This document shows positions 1-12,687 of a stretch of 64,000 nucleotides of DNA, in pieces. Origin of the DNA: Chiloscyllium plagiosum. Taxonomy: Eukaryota. The notes below the pieces were generated by a model. It saw only the letters and a list, made by a program, of their open reading frames with translations. It did not search any database and was not told the origin of the DNA. The stretch's first letter is position 1; every line of letters begins with the position of its first letter. Where the stretch lies: assembly GCF_004010195.1 (NCBI RefSeq), contig NC_057728.1, positions 49,530,561 to 49,594,560 of the forward strand, in the 5' to 3' direction. A program made the position numbers and the translations under genes.

Positions 1-1372
1 GAATATATTCAATATACCTTTCATGAAAGAATAGAAGTTCTTATTACAAGAAATAAAAACACAAACTATGTCATACAGTATGAGGACTTTTGAAATGATC
101 TCATTATAAACATCAAAAAGAGAGATTCATACCTTTTTTATCCCAACAGTAGCCCTACAGACACTCAAACCTCTGTTAGGCATTACCAGCTGTCTCCATA
201 CTCAACTGGAGCAGTTGTAGTTTATACAACAAATTGCCAAGTGGAAACATTCACTACATACAATTTTCTTCAGTTAATATCTGTCCCGAGACCCTTGAAA
301 TGAGCAATAACGCAGCCGAATATTACTTAGCATGATCCTTGTTTTCTACAGCATTCCAGGACCTCTTCTCCATCCCATCAGAGCCATCTATTTCTGAAGC
401 TTTCTTCCCACTGACTTTTGAGCTTTTCAGGACTTCGCATCTGCCCTAACTGTCAGAGACCGCTAATAGCGCCTGTATGTCTTGCCATGATCCTTCTTCC
501 CTCTGAATTAAGTTTGGATATATCAACATTAGATTTGTATGAATACTTTTCACCTCCAGTTTCTTGGATTTCAGATTCTTCGATCCTTGTGCCAAGGAGT
601 GGGAAATTGAAATTAAGATGACGTTCACACTATAAATATATTTTGGTGTGAGGCTATTTGTTTTGCTGTGGTCACATTCCAGAAATGTCAGGATGGAGAT
701 CTCTGGATGTGATACTCTCTCTCAGCTTCACTTTGGAACTAGTTGGTGTTTGGTTACCTTCAAGTTGGTACAAGACTAGTTTTGGATTTACATTCTTAAT
801 CAATTTGGGGCATACAAAGTTAAACTTGACTCTTTACATGAGAACAGGTCCACTGGTCTAGACTGTAGGACAGTGTCAGCTGATCTGGTCCCATGAACTT
901 GGCCTTATGGAAGACTTGTACCAACTTCTGATCCATCTTGTACCAATGTGACCAGAATCTGTATAATTGGTGTTTGTTCATGCAATTGCACTTGTGTATT
1001 GTGTTAAAAACTGGACTGACCTGTCATTGTTTTCTTCAACTATCTAAAAATATGCTTGGTAATCCATTGGCCTAGAACTTTAAGGAATCTTCAAGATTTT
1101 CCTCCTCTGATATTTTGTAAGCAGCATTAGCATTGTCTTCAACAGCAGCCTGGAGACCCAGGCAGCCTCTGATCAGTTTAATTCTTGGCGTATTAAAGGA
1201 GTTATCAACTAAACCTAAATGATCCATGTTTCTCTCACTGCCTGCTGCAGCGAATTTGCCAATGCCTTCCTGAATTCAGAAATCACTTTTAAGGATTAGT
1301 CTAGCATTGAAATTTCCATGGAGAGGTAGCATCACTTCGTGTTTAACAACAACTTGTTTCCTTTCTTTGCAG

Positions 1373-1507
1373 GCGTTACTTTGGTGAGAAGATTGGCCTG
1401 TACTTTGCCTGGCTCGGTTGGTACACTGGAATGCTGTTCCCAGCTGCTATTGTTGGCTTGCTAGTGTTTTTGTATGGAGTTTTCACACTGGATTACTGCC
1501 AAGTAAG
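1373..1507 (+). CDS. ANO4: ANO4 coding exon: [44 protein letters not shown](S)
   Basis: Acceptor ttctttgcAG, donor AG|GTATGG; phase joins the next exon as AG+T = Ser. Confidence 0.95.
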
Positions 1508-2229
1508 GTATGGGTTGGTATCATGTTTGGGGATGTCTGATTTGGTCTTCAGTGGAAATAAATTGTTTTTAAAGTGTTACTTTACTTTAAAACAAGGTGT
1601 GAACTTGGACACTTGTTTTTTTCTTTGTGTAATTGAGCATGTTAGTAGACTAGAGGCATTGACTATTCAAACCACAGATTCTTCTGTCGTTATTACACCC
1701 AGAGTCTGGGCAAGGTTCCCCAATTTATGCTTACAGGTGGGATACCCCAAATATTTGAGCTTCCAAGTGAGGAATGGATTGGCTGGCTGTCTGTATTCAC
1801 TGACCCCACTCCCCCACCTCCCTCAACTGGTAGAGACGAGGTTAATTTAAAAACTCATTAATTTTCTTGTGAATATAGTACTCCCCAGACCCAGATGAAC
1901 TTTCCTTTTAAAAAAGAAATCTATTTGCGCCAGGCTGGAGTTAACAACAAATGACACACTCGTCCCTACACCCCAATTCTTTCCACCCAAGTGTAAAAGG
2001 ATAAAAGTTTTTTAAAAAACAGACAGTTATTCTGATCAGTCTCTGAATTGTTTGTGAAGAATGCATAGTTTGAATGTTGCTGCCATTGCAGTGGAGGTTG
2101 ACATTGACGGTCAAACACTTAACTTCAAGATTCTTAGTTTTGCAGGTTGGTTGAGATTCTGCAGTTCTGATTCCTTTCAACAGTGACTGGGTTATAGCAT
2201 TCAGGATGAGAGTGTCCTTCAGTTGTCCT

Positions 2230-2632
2230 GTTTCCTTTTGTCTGACTCACTAGCTAGTACTCTCAATGACCGGGTTCCTTGATCTGCAAGGCTGTGGTCA
2301 ATCCTAAGAGTGGCATTCAGAGTGCTGCACTGTCAGAGGTACTGCAGTTTGAGGTGAGAAGTTTGGTTAAGACCACATCTGCCTCTAAGTGGGTATAAGA
2401 AGAGACCTTCTCGCTACTTTTGAAGAGGGCAAGTTCTCCTTCGAGTTCTGACCAATATTTGTCTGTCAACCAATGCCACCAAGCTATGTAGTTAGATCAT
2501 GGATGTAGGAGCTTGCTGTTCATAAACCGGCAGCGATGTTTCTACATTTCAACTGTGACTCCTCTTTTATGAAGTTTGTTATTGGTTGTAAAGCATTTTG
2601 GGTTCATGAAAAGCACAACATAAATCCAGTTG
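2230..2632 (+). mobile_element. Deu-domain tRNA-SINE (SacSINE1/AmnSINE1-like), degenerate
   Basis: gagtgctgcactgtcagagg...tgaagag...accaatattt...gcttgctg...ttggttgtaaagcattttggg matches the recalled Deu-SINE body and tail. Confidence 0.65.
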
Positions 2633-2714
2633 TAATCTCTGGATATTTGACGTGGAAAGCAGGTGAAGGAATTGAAAATGTCTCCCTTCATGGCTGGTGT
2701 GGTATGCATTGAAC

Positions 2715-3160
2715 CATAGAAAAATACAGCACAGAGAGAGGCCATTCAGCCCATTGTGTCTGTACTGGCCAAATAAAAACTAGTTACCCATTCTAATCCC
2801 ATTTGCCAGCACCCAGTTCATAGCATTGCAGGTTAAGTGCCTCAAGTGTAAATTTTCAGAGTTTCTGTCCACTTTCCCAAGTAGTGAATTCCAGGCACTC
2901 ACCACCCTCTGGATTTTAAGTGTTTTTTCTCATGCTCCCTCTAATCCTTTTATATATGTATGTGTTCCCAGTAATTGATCTCTGCGCGAGAGAGTGACCA
3001 AATATTGGTCAGAACTCTATGGAGAAATCGCGTACTTGATCCAAACCCCTCATTATTTTGTACACCTCGATCAAGCCACCCCCTGGCATCCTCTAGTCTA
3101 AGAAAAATGACCCCAACTTTTTCCTCTTGGCTGCAAATTTGAAGTCCTGGCAACCTTCTG
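2715..3160 (-). mobile_element. CR1/HER1-type LINE 3' fragment
   Basis: ggccattcagccc tail motif and accaccctctg...ttcctc RT C-terminal remnant. Confidence 0.7.
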
Positions 3161-3454
3161 GATTTCTGATGGATTTTATGTTCTGCCACTTTTTTGATTC
3201 TTCAATTTGTTTTCCAGACTTGAAGTGCAGAAGGTAGACAACTTTCCTACTTCTCCTAGACATACTGTCAACCTTTGCAATGCAAATCTTGTTTCATTGT
3301 AAAATTCACGTCAGACCATGTGACCGTATTCGTATTTTTAAAACATTATTTTGAATGTTGAGTCAGCTGGATATTTGTGTTGCCCAACAGGGAAGATGGC
3401 TGGAATTGAACTGTTTCTGATGGCCATTCTTGATATTCTCTTAATTTAGGTTAA

Positions 3455-3770
3455 CACAACTCAGTGGTTAGCACTGCTGCCTCAGCACCAGGTTCCCAGA
3501 TTCAATTCCACCCTTGGGTGACTACCTGTGTGGAGTTTGCACATTCTCCCGGTGTCTGCAAGGGTGACCTCTGGGTGCTCTGGTTTCCTCCCCACAGTCC
3601 AAAGATGTGCAGGTTAGGTGGATTGGCTGTGTACAATTGTCCATGGTGTCCAGGAATACGTAGGCTGTGTGGATTAGCCATGGTAATGCAGGGTTAAAGG
3701 TATAGGGTGAGATGCTTTCCAGAGGATCAGTGTGGACTTGGTGGGTCGAATGGCCTGTCTACAGTGTGGA
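3455..3770 (+). mobile_element. HE1-type V-SINE
   Basis: A-box cagtggttagcactgctgcctc; V-domain tgtgtggagtttgcacattctccc...ggtttcctcccacagtccaaagatgtgcagg. Confidence 0.9.
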
Positions 3771-5202
3771 AACAATCGACAATTATATGAATAATTTTAT
3801 AAAGCATGGATTGTTAAAAATGAGAAATAAAGGGCCTCAACATTGCTATAGATTTCAAAATTTATCTCGAGGGGATATTCCAGAGGAGGGAAACTGTTTG
3901 GTTTCTTAATCTGGAATAACCTCATGTTCGTTGTGGTGCTGATTTTCAGTATTACAAATGTTCCTTGCTGTGAAGTATAGTGTTGCAGGTGTCAGAACTT
4001 AATCAGGAAAAGCTCTGTTCATATTTGGTAAGTGGGACAGTCCATCTCTTTTTGTGAAACCCTGATCAGGTCACCAAGATCAATTGCCTGACTGACGGCC
4101 GGACAGGGCAAAACAATTCTCACGAGAATTATTCATTGTAAACACATTTATTCTTTAGTATAGCAATCAAACAGGAAGATACTTAATCTATTATTATACA
4201 ACTTGAACGACACCCCTTTAAAACCCCAAACACACTCTCTCTTATTCACAAATAAACCAGTTAAAAGATGAACCTTTTGACACACGCATTTTGGGTTTAA
4301 AAAAATGTAGACAGGGAAAACATGTTCTAATTATCATTAAGACCATAAGTCTGAATTAAATGTGTCTCAGTTTCTTTTGATGATGCTAAGACAATGGTTC
4401 TTCATTTTGATAGTTATCTGGTGAACCTAGGACTTGTTAATATTTATTTCCTGCTTTTTTTTTGCATTTTCACTCTCTTGGTGGGGGAGAGGGGGGCGAG
4501 ACATGTTTTCAGTTTGTTAGATCTGGAGGCCTTCTGTCTTAAAGGTTTGTATCAAACTGGAGTTTGGCTATACTAAGAGCTATCATCAGACAGTTTTTCT
4601 CAAGTCAAATACTTCGAGTGCCACTCGGTCTCAGTACATCAATTGCTCCAGCAGTAACATTGCCTTGTGCGGGTAAAAGTGTATGCCATTTGGTTTTATG
4701 CAACTTTGAGAACTCGCATGTTATTTCAGCTCGTATAGCAAAGATTGACATTATAATCCAAAAAGGAAATTGTGTGGTCCACTACACAACACAGATGGAG
4801 GCCGTTCGACCCACATTGCTGTACTCTCTATTTGAAAGAGCTATCTAACAAGTTGCATCCCAATGTTCTATAGCCCTGAATGTTGCCCAATGCCAATTGA
4901 CAGTATCTGCTTCTATTGACCCTTCCAGACACATATTCAAAATCATCATAACAGCTCAGTCTTTTGTCACTCTCACTTTTAATAAGGTCCTGTAGTTACT
5001 GACTCCCTTACCACTGGAAACAGCACTCCTTCCTTCCTTTGGTCTGAACCCTTCAGAATTTTGAACAGCAGATTGTTCCCTAACTTGCCCCATTCAGAGG
5101 GGAACATTCTGAGCTCCTCTATATCTCATTGTATAACTGAAGTCTCGTGTATTACCTCAGTGCCTGGAATGTGATTTCACTGTCTCCTCTTTCCTCATCT
5201 AG

Positions 5203-5299
5203 TAAAGAAATCTGCCAAGCAACAGAAATAATTATGTGTCCACTCTGTGACCATCATTGCCGCTACATGCGGTTATCGTACAGCTGTGTATATGCCAAG
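5203..5299 (+). CDS. ANO4: ANO4 coding exon: [32 protein letters not shown]
   Basis: Acceptor catctAG, donor AAG|GTAAGA; conserved MCPxCD extracellular cysteines. Confidence 0.95.
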
Positions 5300-5659
5300 G
5301 TAAGATATCAAATTCCATTAAATCATGACTCTCGATAGGTGCCAATGAATGATTGCGTAGATTCACAACTTCTGCAAGATGTATTATTTTGAGCCTTTAC
5401 TCACAATAGCCACCTCCCAGTTGTGACAGTCAGACCTAGGTGTTTAAAGTGCAACAAATAATTGCAGGCCATTAAGCTTCCTTTGCCTTTTGCGCATTGC
5501 TGGAAAAGATTTTTTTTGTCCTTATCAAGACCATTCCTGTAAATAGGAGCAAATGCTTTTAAACTGTAGGAGAAGAGAATACTGATTAGTTGGCAAGTGA
5601 ACTCTGGTAGAGGTGTTGCCATTGTGAATATATTGGTTAATTGATAACAGACTGATGAG

Positions 5660-5977
5660 GGAAAGCAGTAGTGTAGTATCTCTGGACTTGTAATCCAGCC
5701 TTCCAGGCTAATGGGCTTGAATCCCAGGATGGCAGATGGTGAAATTTTGAATTTTAAAAAATCTAATTGAAAGCTAGTTGAATTGCAACCACTGTTGTAA
5801 AAGCCCACCGAGTTCATTAATGCTGTATTTAGGGAAAGAAATCTGCTGTCCTTGGCCTAAACTACATGTGACTTCCTCTGAAGTGGTTCTGGCAAGCCAC
5901 TCGTAGAGGGCAGTGGGGAATAGGCAATAAATGCTACCCCAAGCCGCAATGCCCATGTCCCATGAATGAATAAAAAG
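5660..5977 (+). mobile_element. tRNA-derived SINE with L2-like tail (...cccatgaatgaataaaaa)
   Basis: Body aaatctgctgtccttggcct...acatgtgact and tail ggcaataaatgct...catgaatgaataaa shared with copies at 14775, 19600, 25548, 36470, 47635, 51700 and 62735. Confidence 0.75.
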
Positions 5978-7748
5978 ATACAGCCAAGTTGTTTAAATGT
6001 TGAACCAGGCAGGTACAATAATTTAGGTGTTGACCTGAGGGATAGGTCAGAGAACGGCTGTTGAGTGGACAGGAGCAGTGCCTGAACCAGGAGGGATTGT
6101 TTGCCAACGTATAAACGTTGGTTTCCCTTTACCCCGGTACTCTTGTGAATGGTCCTAATGAGTGCACGATGAAAATCGTCAACAAAATTCTTATTTCAGC
6201 AATTTCTATTTTATGCCACCAAACAACCATTACTTTCCATTGAATTGGAAGGAGGTCAGTTACAACAGGATTGATATCAAAGTGGCTTTGCTTGTAAAAA
6301 TCCTTGGATTCATCACTTCTTTGAAACTATGATTGGTTAATCAAAAGCTGGTGAGGCATTTCAGAATTGTTACAGCACAAATAGTCCATTCAGCCCTTGA
6401 TGGCTGTGCTAGGTCTCCAAGTAAGCACAGAATAGTGTTGTTGGCCCACCAATGCCTCACAACATTCTTCATTTTCCAAGAACAGCTGAGTTCCCTTCAT
6501 GAAAGACTTGTTTAAACCTGTCTCTACCTCTGTCTCAGGTGTTTACATTTACAAGTTGATTAAAATCTGTGCGCCTTCATTCTGGATCCTATCATAAGTG
6601 GGGCAAGCTTCTACTGAAGTACTCTGTCCAGAACACTTGTTTAAAAAGTATCTGTCTTGAAAGATATCCACAATCCCTATTGTTCATTGACACTCAAAGT
6701 AGTTCCAGATTTCCACTGCTCTAGTGTGAAAGTCAAACCCACTGGCATGAGCTTGGAGTGTGTCTGACCCAGATTGGGCAAGGGTGGTGGATTCTTTCCC
6801 TAAAGAACGTTAGCAAACCAGCTGGGTCTTCAATAACAATCTGGCAGCTTCACAGTTCTTATTTATAATACTGAAAGTCTGCTGAAAATTGCAATTTGCA
6901 GAGTGGGCTTTTGTTCTTTGAGGGAGGTGGGCATTGCTGGGTAGGGCTGCATTTTATTGCTGATCCCTAATTGTCCTGGAGAAGATCTTGATGAGCTACT
7001 GCCTTGAACAGCTACAGTCCATGGGATGCAAGTAAATCTGATAGGGAAGCAATTCCAAGAGTTTGACTGGCCTACTGTGAGGCGTGGTGATATAGTGCCA
7101 TTTGATAACTCCCCATTGTCAGTGGCTTCTTTGCTTAATTACTTGTCTAGATTCTTGGATTGTCAGTCCTGTACTGTAACCACAATACTTCCGTATCCTT
7201 CGCTCAACCAAAACTGATATCCAAGTTATTCCATACTCTGCCTTTGATTAGTTTTTAATTCACTCGTGGGCTGTGGGTGATGCTGGCTGGCCAGTATTTA
7301 TTGCCCATCTGTAATCGCCCTGGAGAAGATGATGAGCTGTTGCCTTGAATTGTTTTAGTGTGTCTACCTACCGTAGACAGAATGTTGTTAGGGGAGGCAA
7401 TTCTCAAATTTTGACCCAGCAACACTGATGGAACACTCGAACAAAGCATCTGAAAAGCTCCAAAGGTCTGGAGTACTTCAGTTAAATATTAGCTTCATTG
7501 ATTCAGATTTCAAATATGTTACAACAGTGTGAGGCATTTTTCTTGAGACAGTTTGTTTCAAGAATAAAAGCTTTCTTCAGAAATCCCTCCAATTTACTGA
7601 CCTGGGTAGGTGGTGGTCAGCATTGCGAGCAATACCTTGTGGGTCATCTGCAAGATGTTGGAACGTTTTGGTGCTCAGAAGCTGCTAGGATTGACTCACT
7701 TCTAATAGTGTTTCCTGTAATCATATGGAAAATATTTTCCATTTATAG

Positions 7749-7809
7749 GTGACTCACCTCTTTGACAATGGAGCTACAGTATTCTTTGCTGTTTTTATGG
7801 CTGTATGGG
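7749..7809 (+). CDS. ANO4: ANO4 coding exon: VTHLFDNGATVFFAVFMAVW
   Basis: Acceptor ttatAG, donor G|GTAAGT; anoctamin FDN motif. Confidence 0.95.
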
Positions 7810-8264
7810 GTAAGTGTCCTTTTATCTCTGATGAAGTTATGGACGAGTAGAAAAAACCAGAGTGGGTGGGAGTATCAAATCAGCCTGATTTTTATATCCT
7901 CCTGTTAACTGCTTAATTTGTGATTTCATTTTTAACTACTTTGAACTCTTTTTACACTCCACCATTTTTGAAAGGAAATCTAATTTTTAAAAAAATTAAC
8001 ATGACCACCAATTGCACTTGTGAAAATTCAAATCCAAAGCAGATGTAAACCATTTCAGCCCCAGAATCCTGCTGTGCCAGTCAATAAGATCATGGTTGAT
8101 CTGATTTATAAACTCCAATCCACATTCCTGCCTATGCCTTATAATCTTTCATACTCTTGCCTAATAAACAGTAATTCATCTCGGTCCTAAAAATATTCAG
8201 ACTCCCCTTCCACCACAGTTTTCAGGAAGAAACTTTCAAAGATTCATTAAATCCTTTTTATTGC

Positions 8265-8518
8265 AGGCCGTTCAGCCCATTGAATTCTCACTGCCCCTCT
8301 GGAGAGCAGCCCACCCAAACACACCCCACTACCCTATCCCTGTAATCTTGCATTTTCTATAGCTACTCCACTGAGCCTAAACCACCTCGGATGCTATGGG
8401 CAATTTAGCATGGCCAATCCCAACCTGCAAATCTTTGGTCTGTGGGAGAAAACTGGAGCACCTCTAGGAAAACATGTAGACAGATGGAGAATGTGCTAAC
8501 TCCACGCAGTCTCCCAAG
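8265..8518 (-). mobile_element. HE1-type V-SINE (5'-truncated, degenerate)
   Basis: gggcaatttagcatggccaat...tctttggtctgtgggagaaaactggagcac. Confidence 0.85.
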
Positions 8519-8681
8519 AATTCCCTTGAATTGGTATTCTTGTGAATTATCCTGATGAGTACATCATGAAAAGCTTTGACAAAATGTCTTTTCTTTTCCC
8601 CCACCCAAGAGTTCTCAGTTTCTGTACTGGCAAACAGCTATTTAATTTTTGTTTGCTTTTTTTTTTAAAAAAAATTCTTGC

Positions 8682-8857
8682 CTTGGTCTAAGTGAGAAAT
8701 CACATGATGCCAACGGGTTTTTTTTGGAATCACAAGCTTTCGGAGCAATGCTTTCCCTGATAAAATAAATAAATCTTTTGGACTATAACCTGGTGTCATG
8801 TGACTACTGACTTTGTCCATCCCAGTCTGACACTGGCACCTTCACATCTTGGTCTAA
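8682..8857. mobile_element. Short Penelope-like non-autonomous element with 10-bp target-site duplication
   Basis: cttggtctaa at 8682-8691 and 8848-8857; internal inverted segment aatcacatgatgcca / tggtgtcatgtgact. Confidence 0.6.
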
Positions 8858-9463
8858 ATGTATGATGGTAAATTCTTGTTACCTAAACTCAGGTTGATCA
8901 ATGTATCAGGAAGAGGAAGTTGAACAAAGATCCATTTGAGTCCGGTGCTGTCTGGTAGATTGTAAGGTTTGGGGAATATTATGAAGGGGGTGACATTTTT
9001 TCTTAAAGACCACATTTTTCATTTAAGCACAACACCTTTTCTGGTTCCACTTGGTATAAATGGCAATTTGCTGTCCCCCTTGCTTCACAGAAGCATATAG
9101 CACAGAATGAGGCCATCCAGCCCATCTTGTCTGTGCTGGATCTTGGAAAATGCAATGCAATTAACCCTGCTTCACTGTTCTTTCCCCACAGTCCTGCAGT
9201 GTTATTCTTTTCCAATAGTCATTTCAGATTGCTACTGAATCAACTTTCACCTTTTTCAGGCAACGTATTGAATTTTTTGAATTTAGAAGTTTTTTTAAGA
9301 AAGAAAAATCTCCTCTTTCCTCTGGTTCTTCTGCCATTGGTGTTAAATCGCCTTTCTATGATAATGGACATCACCAGGTTCTAATCTATGTCAAAGTCAC
9401 ATGATTCTAATACCTACCAAATCTCCCTTTTCTTCATCTTCCCTTTTTAGGAAGAATATCAAC

Positions 9464-9698
9464 TTCTTGAGTAAAAGAAAAATACTGAAGATGTTGGAAA
9501 TCTGAAATAAAAACAAATTGCAAGAGAAACCCAGTAAGTCTGGCAGCAATTGTCAAGAGAAAAAGAGTTAATGTTTCTATTCTAGGCACTGTTCAGAACT
9601 TGTGAAGAACAATTAAACTGAACTCCACCAATCTCTTCACAGATGCAGCCAGACCTTCTGAGTTTCGCCAACATCCTCTTCTGTTTTTATTCTTGAGT
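9464..9698. mobile_element. Palindromic Penelope-like mini-element with 9-bp target-site duplication
   Basis: ttcttgagt at 9464-9472 and 9690-9698; arms gaaacccagtaagtctggcagca / tgcagccagaccttctgagtttc. Confidence 0.65.
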
Positions 9699-10306
9699 CT
9701 CTTCATATTAAGTGAAGTCCTACATCTTTTGCATCATTCTCCTCCGCACCCTCTGTGAAGCTTTGCCCCTTCCTTTTTTAAGCATTTCAATAGCTACAAT
9801 TAAACCAAATCTTTTTCTCATTTTGTATTTCAACTATACTGTAAGAACAGTGTATTTTGCTTAAAGTTGATAGTTTGACCAATTTAATTGCATCTGGAAC
9901 GCCAAGTCTTCCACTTTCCTTTAAAATAAGAACAAGTTAGGGTCTAGGCTACTTTAATATATTTTGAGGGATTTTGGTCTGGTCCATAACAGTAACCAAA
10001 TTGCAACAATAGGACTTATGGTCTATCAAGCTAAGTTTCATACTCCAATTGGACTTGTCCAATGTTGCCTTCAGCTGGCATTTGTAACAACATCCTATGG
10101 TGTAAGGAGCATACTTTTTTGCATAAGCTTCATCTTGTCTTGATTGATTGATTAATCAAATATTAATTCCTCTGGAAAGTGTAGAAGACCCCTTCAGATT
10201 GTGACCACTGTTGAAAAGGACATCAACTGAATGGTGACCCTTTTCAATTCACTAGGGTATTTTAAGCTTGAGTTTAATCTCCTCTTCTGTCTGTTTCTCA
10301 CCTCAG

Positions 10307-10389
10307 CTACAGTCTTCCTGGAGTTTTGGAAAAGGCGGCGAGCAGTTATTGCCTACGACTGGGATTTGATTGACTGGGAAGAGGAGGAG
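10307..10389 (+). CDS. ANO4: ANO4 coding exon: (A)[27 protein letters not shown]
   Basis: Acceptor cctcAG, donor GAG|GTTCGT; FLEFWKR motif. Confidence 0.95.
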
Positions 10390-10721
10390 GTTCGTGTTAA
10401 GTGACTCTACAACCTGAATATCTGTCCATCACATTGTGGACTGATACTTGAAGGAAGCCAACATTCAAGTGTTTCACTGAAGTTAAATATTCTTTTGGTT
10501 ACCTGCAACCACCTCAGGGAAGCTGATAGGATTTTTAATTCAACGGGAATTTTGAGCCAACACACCAATTAAATAGTGAGGGCCAAAATTGATAAGTTTA
10601 CTTCTGTTTATGTGTTGGCTGTTGTTCAGACAGACCCTTCTATTCTCAGACTCAGAAGGTTCTATTATGGAGCCTGAACTAAGAGGATAGAAAATTGAAT
10701 GTCTTTATCTTTCACCTGCAG

Positions 10722-10862
10722 GAAGAAATCCGTCCCCAGTTTGAAGCAAAATATTCCAAGAAGGAACGGGTGAATCCTATATCAGGAAAACCAGAGCCTT
10801 ATCAAGCTTTCACTGACAAATGCAGTAGGATCATTGTATCAGCTTCTGGAATATTCTTCATG
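10722..10862 (+). CDS. ANO4: ANO4 coding exon: [47 protein letters not shown]
   Basis: Acceptor cctgcAG, donor ATG|GTTAGT; 141 nt, phase 0-0. Confidence 0.95.
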
Positions 10863-12286
10863 GTTAGTTAATTAATTACATTGGATGATATAGAATCAAC
10901 AACAGAAATGGGGATATCCAGCCCAACTAATTTCTACCAGCGTGTAGAACACCCTAGAGTGCATACGAGTGGAAAAGTACAAGTAGACAAATCCTGACAG
11001 GGTTGAGACGAGGCAGTTGGAAAGGGAGGATACCAGTGCAATGTGTAAATGCTCTTACAGAGTAGCCTGGCTGAATGTCTCACTTCTCTGCAGTTGATTC
11101 TATTGATACCTATGAACTTTTTTTTTCTCTATGCACTCTCATGTCTTGAAACATTTAGGCTATTTGTCTGTCAATCTGTTCCATGTTCTAGTGCGCTCAC
11201 TGAACAAAGCAGTTTTCTTCTTTGATTTATTAGTATCTGCCTTGTTTGTAGGTTTTTTGAATCCTTCACATGCAGAAACATTTTCTTCTCTACCCAACTC
11301 TGTTATGAAGACCTCCATGAGCTCACCTCTTAACCTCCCTCCGTCTTAAAGTGAAAAGGCTGTGCTCAATCATTCTTTTTCAGTCGCAGTGATCTCTTAT
11401 TTCTGGTCTCATCCTTATACTGTGTCTGTGCCCTTTTTACTGTGTGGAGGTAGTGCTGTACAAAAATATCTCTGATAATCACTGTGTATGTACCAAGAGT
11501 TTGGATAATCTTTCTCTCTGCTCCATGTTCACATTAATAATTGTACATCATCCTTGACTGAAGAGAAACCCACCCCCATTTATTGTCTGTTTCAACCAGA
11601 TCGGCAGGATTTGAATTTCCAAATCATTTTCTGATTATTGGAGTTATCGTACTGGATTAAAATCATTCATAACTCCTGAGTATGAGTTGAGAACTTGAAG
11701 AATTTCTGTTAAAAGTATGCAAATACCTATTTGTGCCCAAATTTATGGGATTGCTGTGTTTTTTTTAATCAAGTTGACTAGGATAAATTCATTCCCCTCC
11801 CGCCCCCCCCTAAGGATGTGCCCCCAAGGATGTGCCACATCAGAAGAACAAATTTCCAAAAAAAAGTAGCAATAATGTTACTTTGTTCACAATAATGTGC
11901 CAGTAATGTATGACATGGCATAGAGTCAGTGTGGCATGTTTGGGTAAATATGACCATGGAGCTCTTGTTCCTAAAGCTGTTGACCATTCGGGAGGAGGCA
12001 GAAATATGGGTATCTTGGGCAAAGCTGGCATTTATTGATCGCCCTTGTTAACCCTTTTGGAAGGTGGTAATTAATTGTCTTTGTGGGCTGCTGTAGTTCA
12101 TGTGGTAAAAGTAATCCCTTTACTTTACGTTGGGGTGTGTGTTCCAGGATTCCGTCCCCAGGGACAAGTTAGAGGTTAAAAGTTTCCCAGAGTCGTGAAT
12201 CAGCACTACCTCACTCTTGAACTGAGACTGATCACATTCCAGCTAATTGATGCAGCTGACCAATCTGTCTGTAATCCCTCTCTCAG

Positions 12287-12451
12287 ATCTGTGTGGTGAT
12301 TGCTGCTGTTTTTGGAATTGTCATTTATCGGGTGGTGACTGTGAGCATTTTTGCTGCATTCGAGTGGGCCCTAATTAGGAATAATTCCCAGCTAGCTACA
12401 ACAGGAACTGCAGTGTGTATCAACTTCTGTATCATCATGCTTCTGAACGTG
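12287..12451 (+). CDS. ANO4: ANO4 coding exon: ICVVIAAVFGIVIYRVVTVSIFAAFEWALIRNNSQLATTGTAVCINFCIIMLLNV
   Basis: Acceptor tctcAG, donor GTG|GTAAGC; 165 nt. Confidence 0.95.
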
Positions 12452-12687
12452 GTAAGCTCTCTTTGTCCAGACAGGAAATGCTAATAATGTTTGGAAATAA
12501 TTGCATTTATGGAAAAGTATGCAGGAGATTGTACTGTGCATTGAATCCATACCTTGCATTTTTTTGTTACAATGGGCAAAGCCCTGACATAAAGTGTCAG
12601 TGTGGAATCCAATTGCACTGAATGACCTACTCCTAACTGATCATGGAGTCGGTCCTTTTATTTTGTTCAATAAAACCTGTTTTGAGA

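Noticed and set aside
350..1000. Possible Gypsy integrase C-terminal relic on the minus strand, or an upstream ANO4 exon
   Set aside because: No convincing motif and no ANO4-matching frame with splice sites
1431..1850. 139-aa ORF with a TM-like start, and similar ORFs at 50646-51128, 28056-28358 and 58238-58528
   Set aside because: Single exons extended into intron sequence; homology stops at the splice sites
4050..4790. Possible solo LTRs (also about 13660-14625, 50130-50650, 57335-57580)
   Set aside because: LTR-like composition, but no second copy, PBS/PPT or matching TSD could be confirmed by eye
8513..8610. cccaaga direct repeat as TSD for the hammerhead-bearing insert
   Set aside because: The HE1 sequence does not resume after the second copy and the element appears to continue beyond it; likely coincidental
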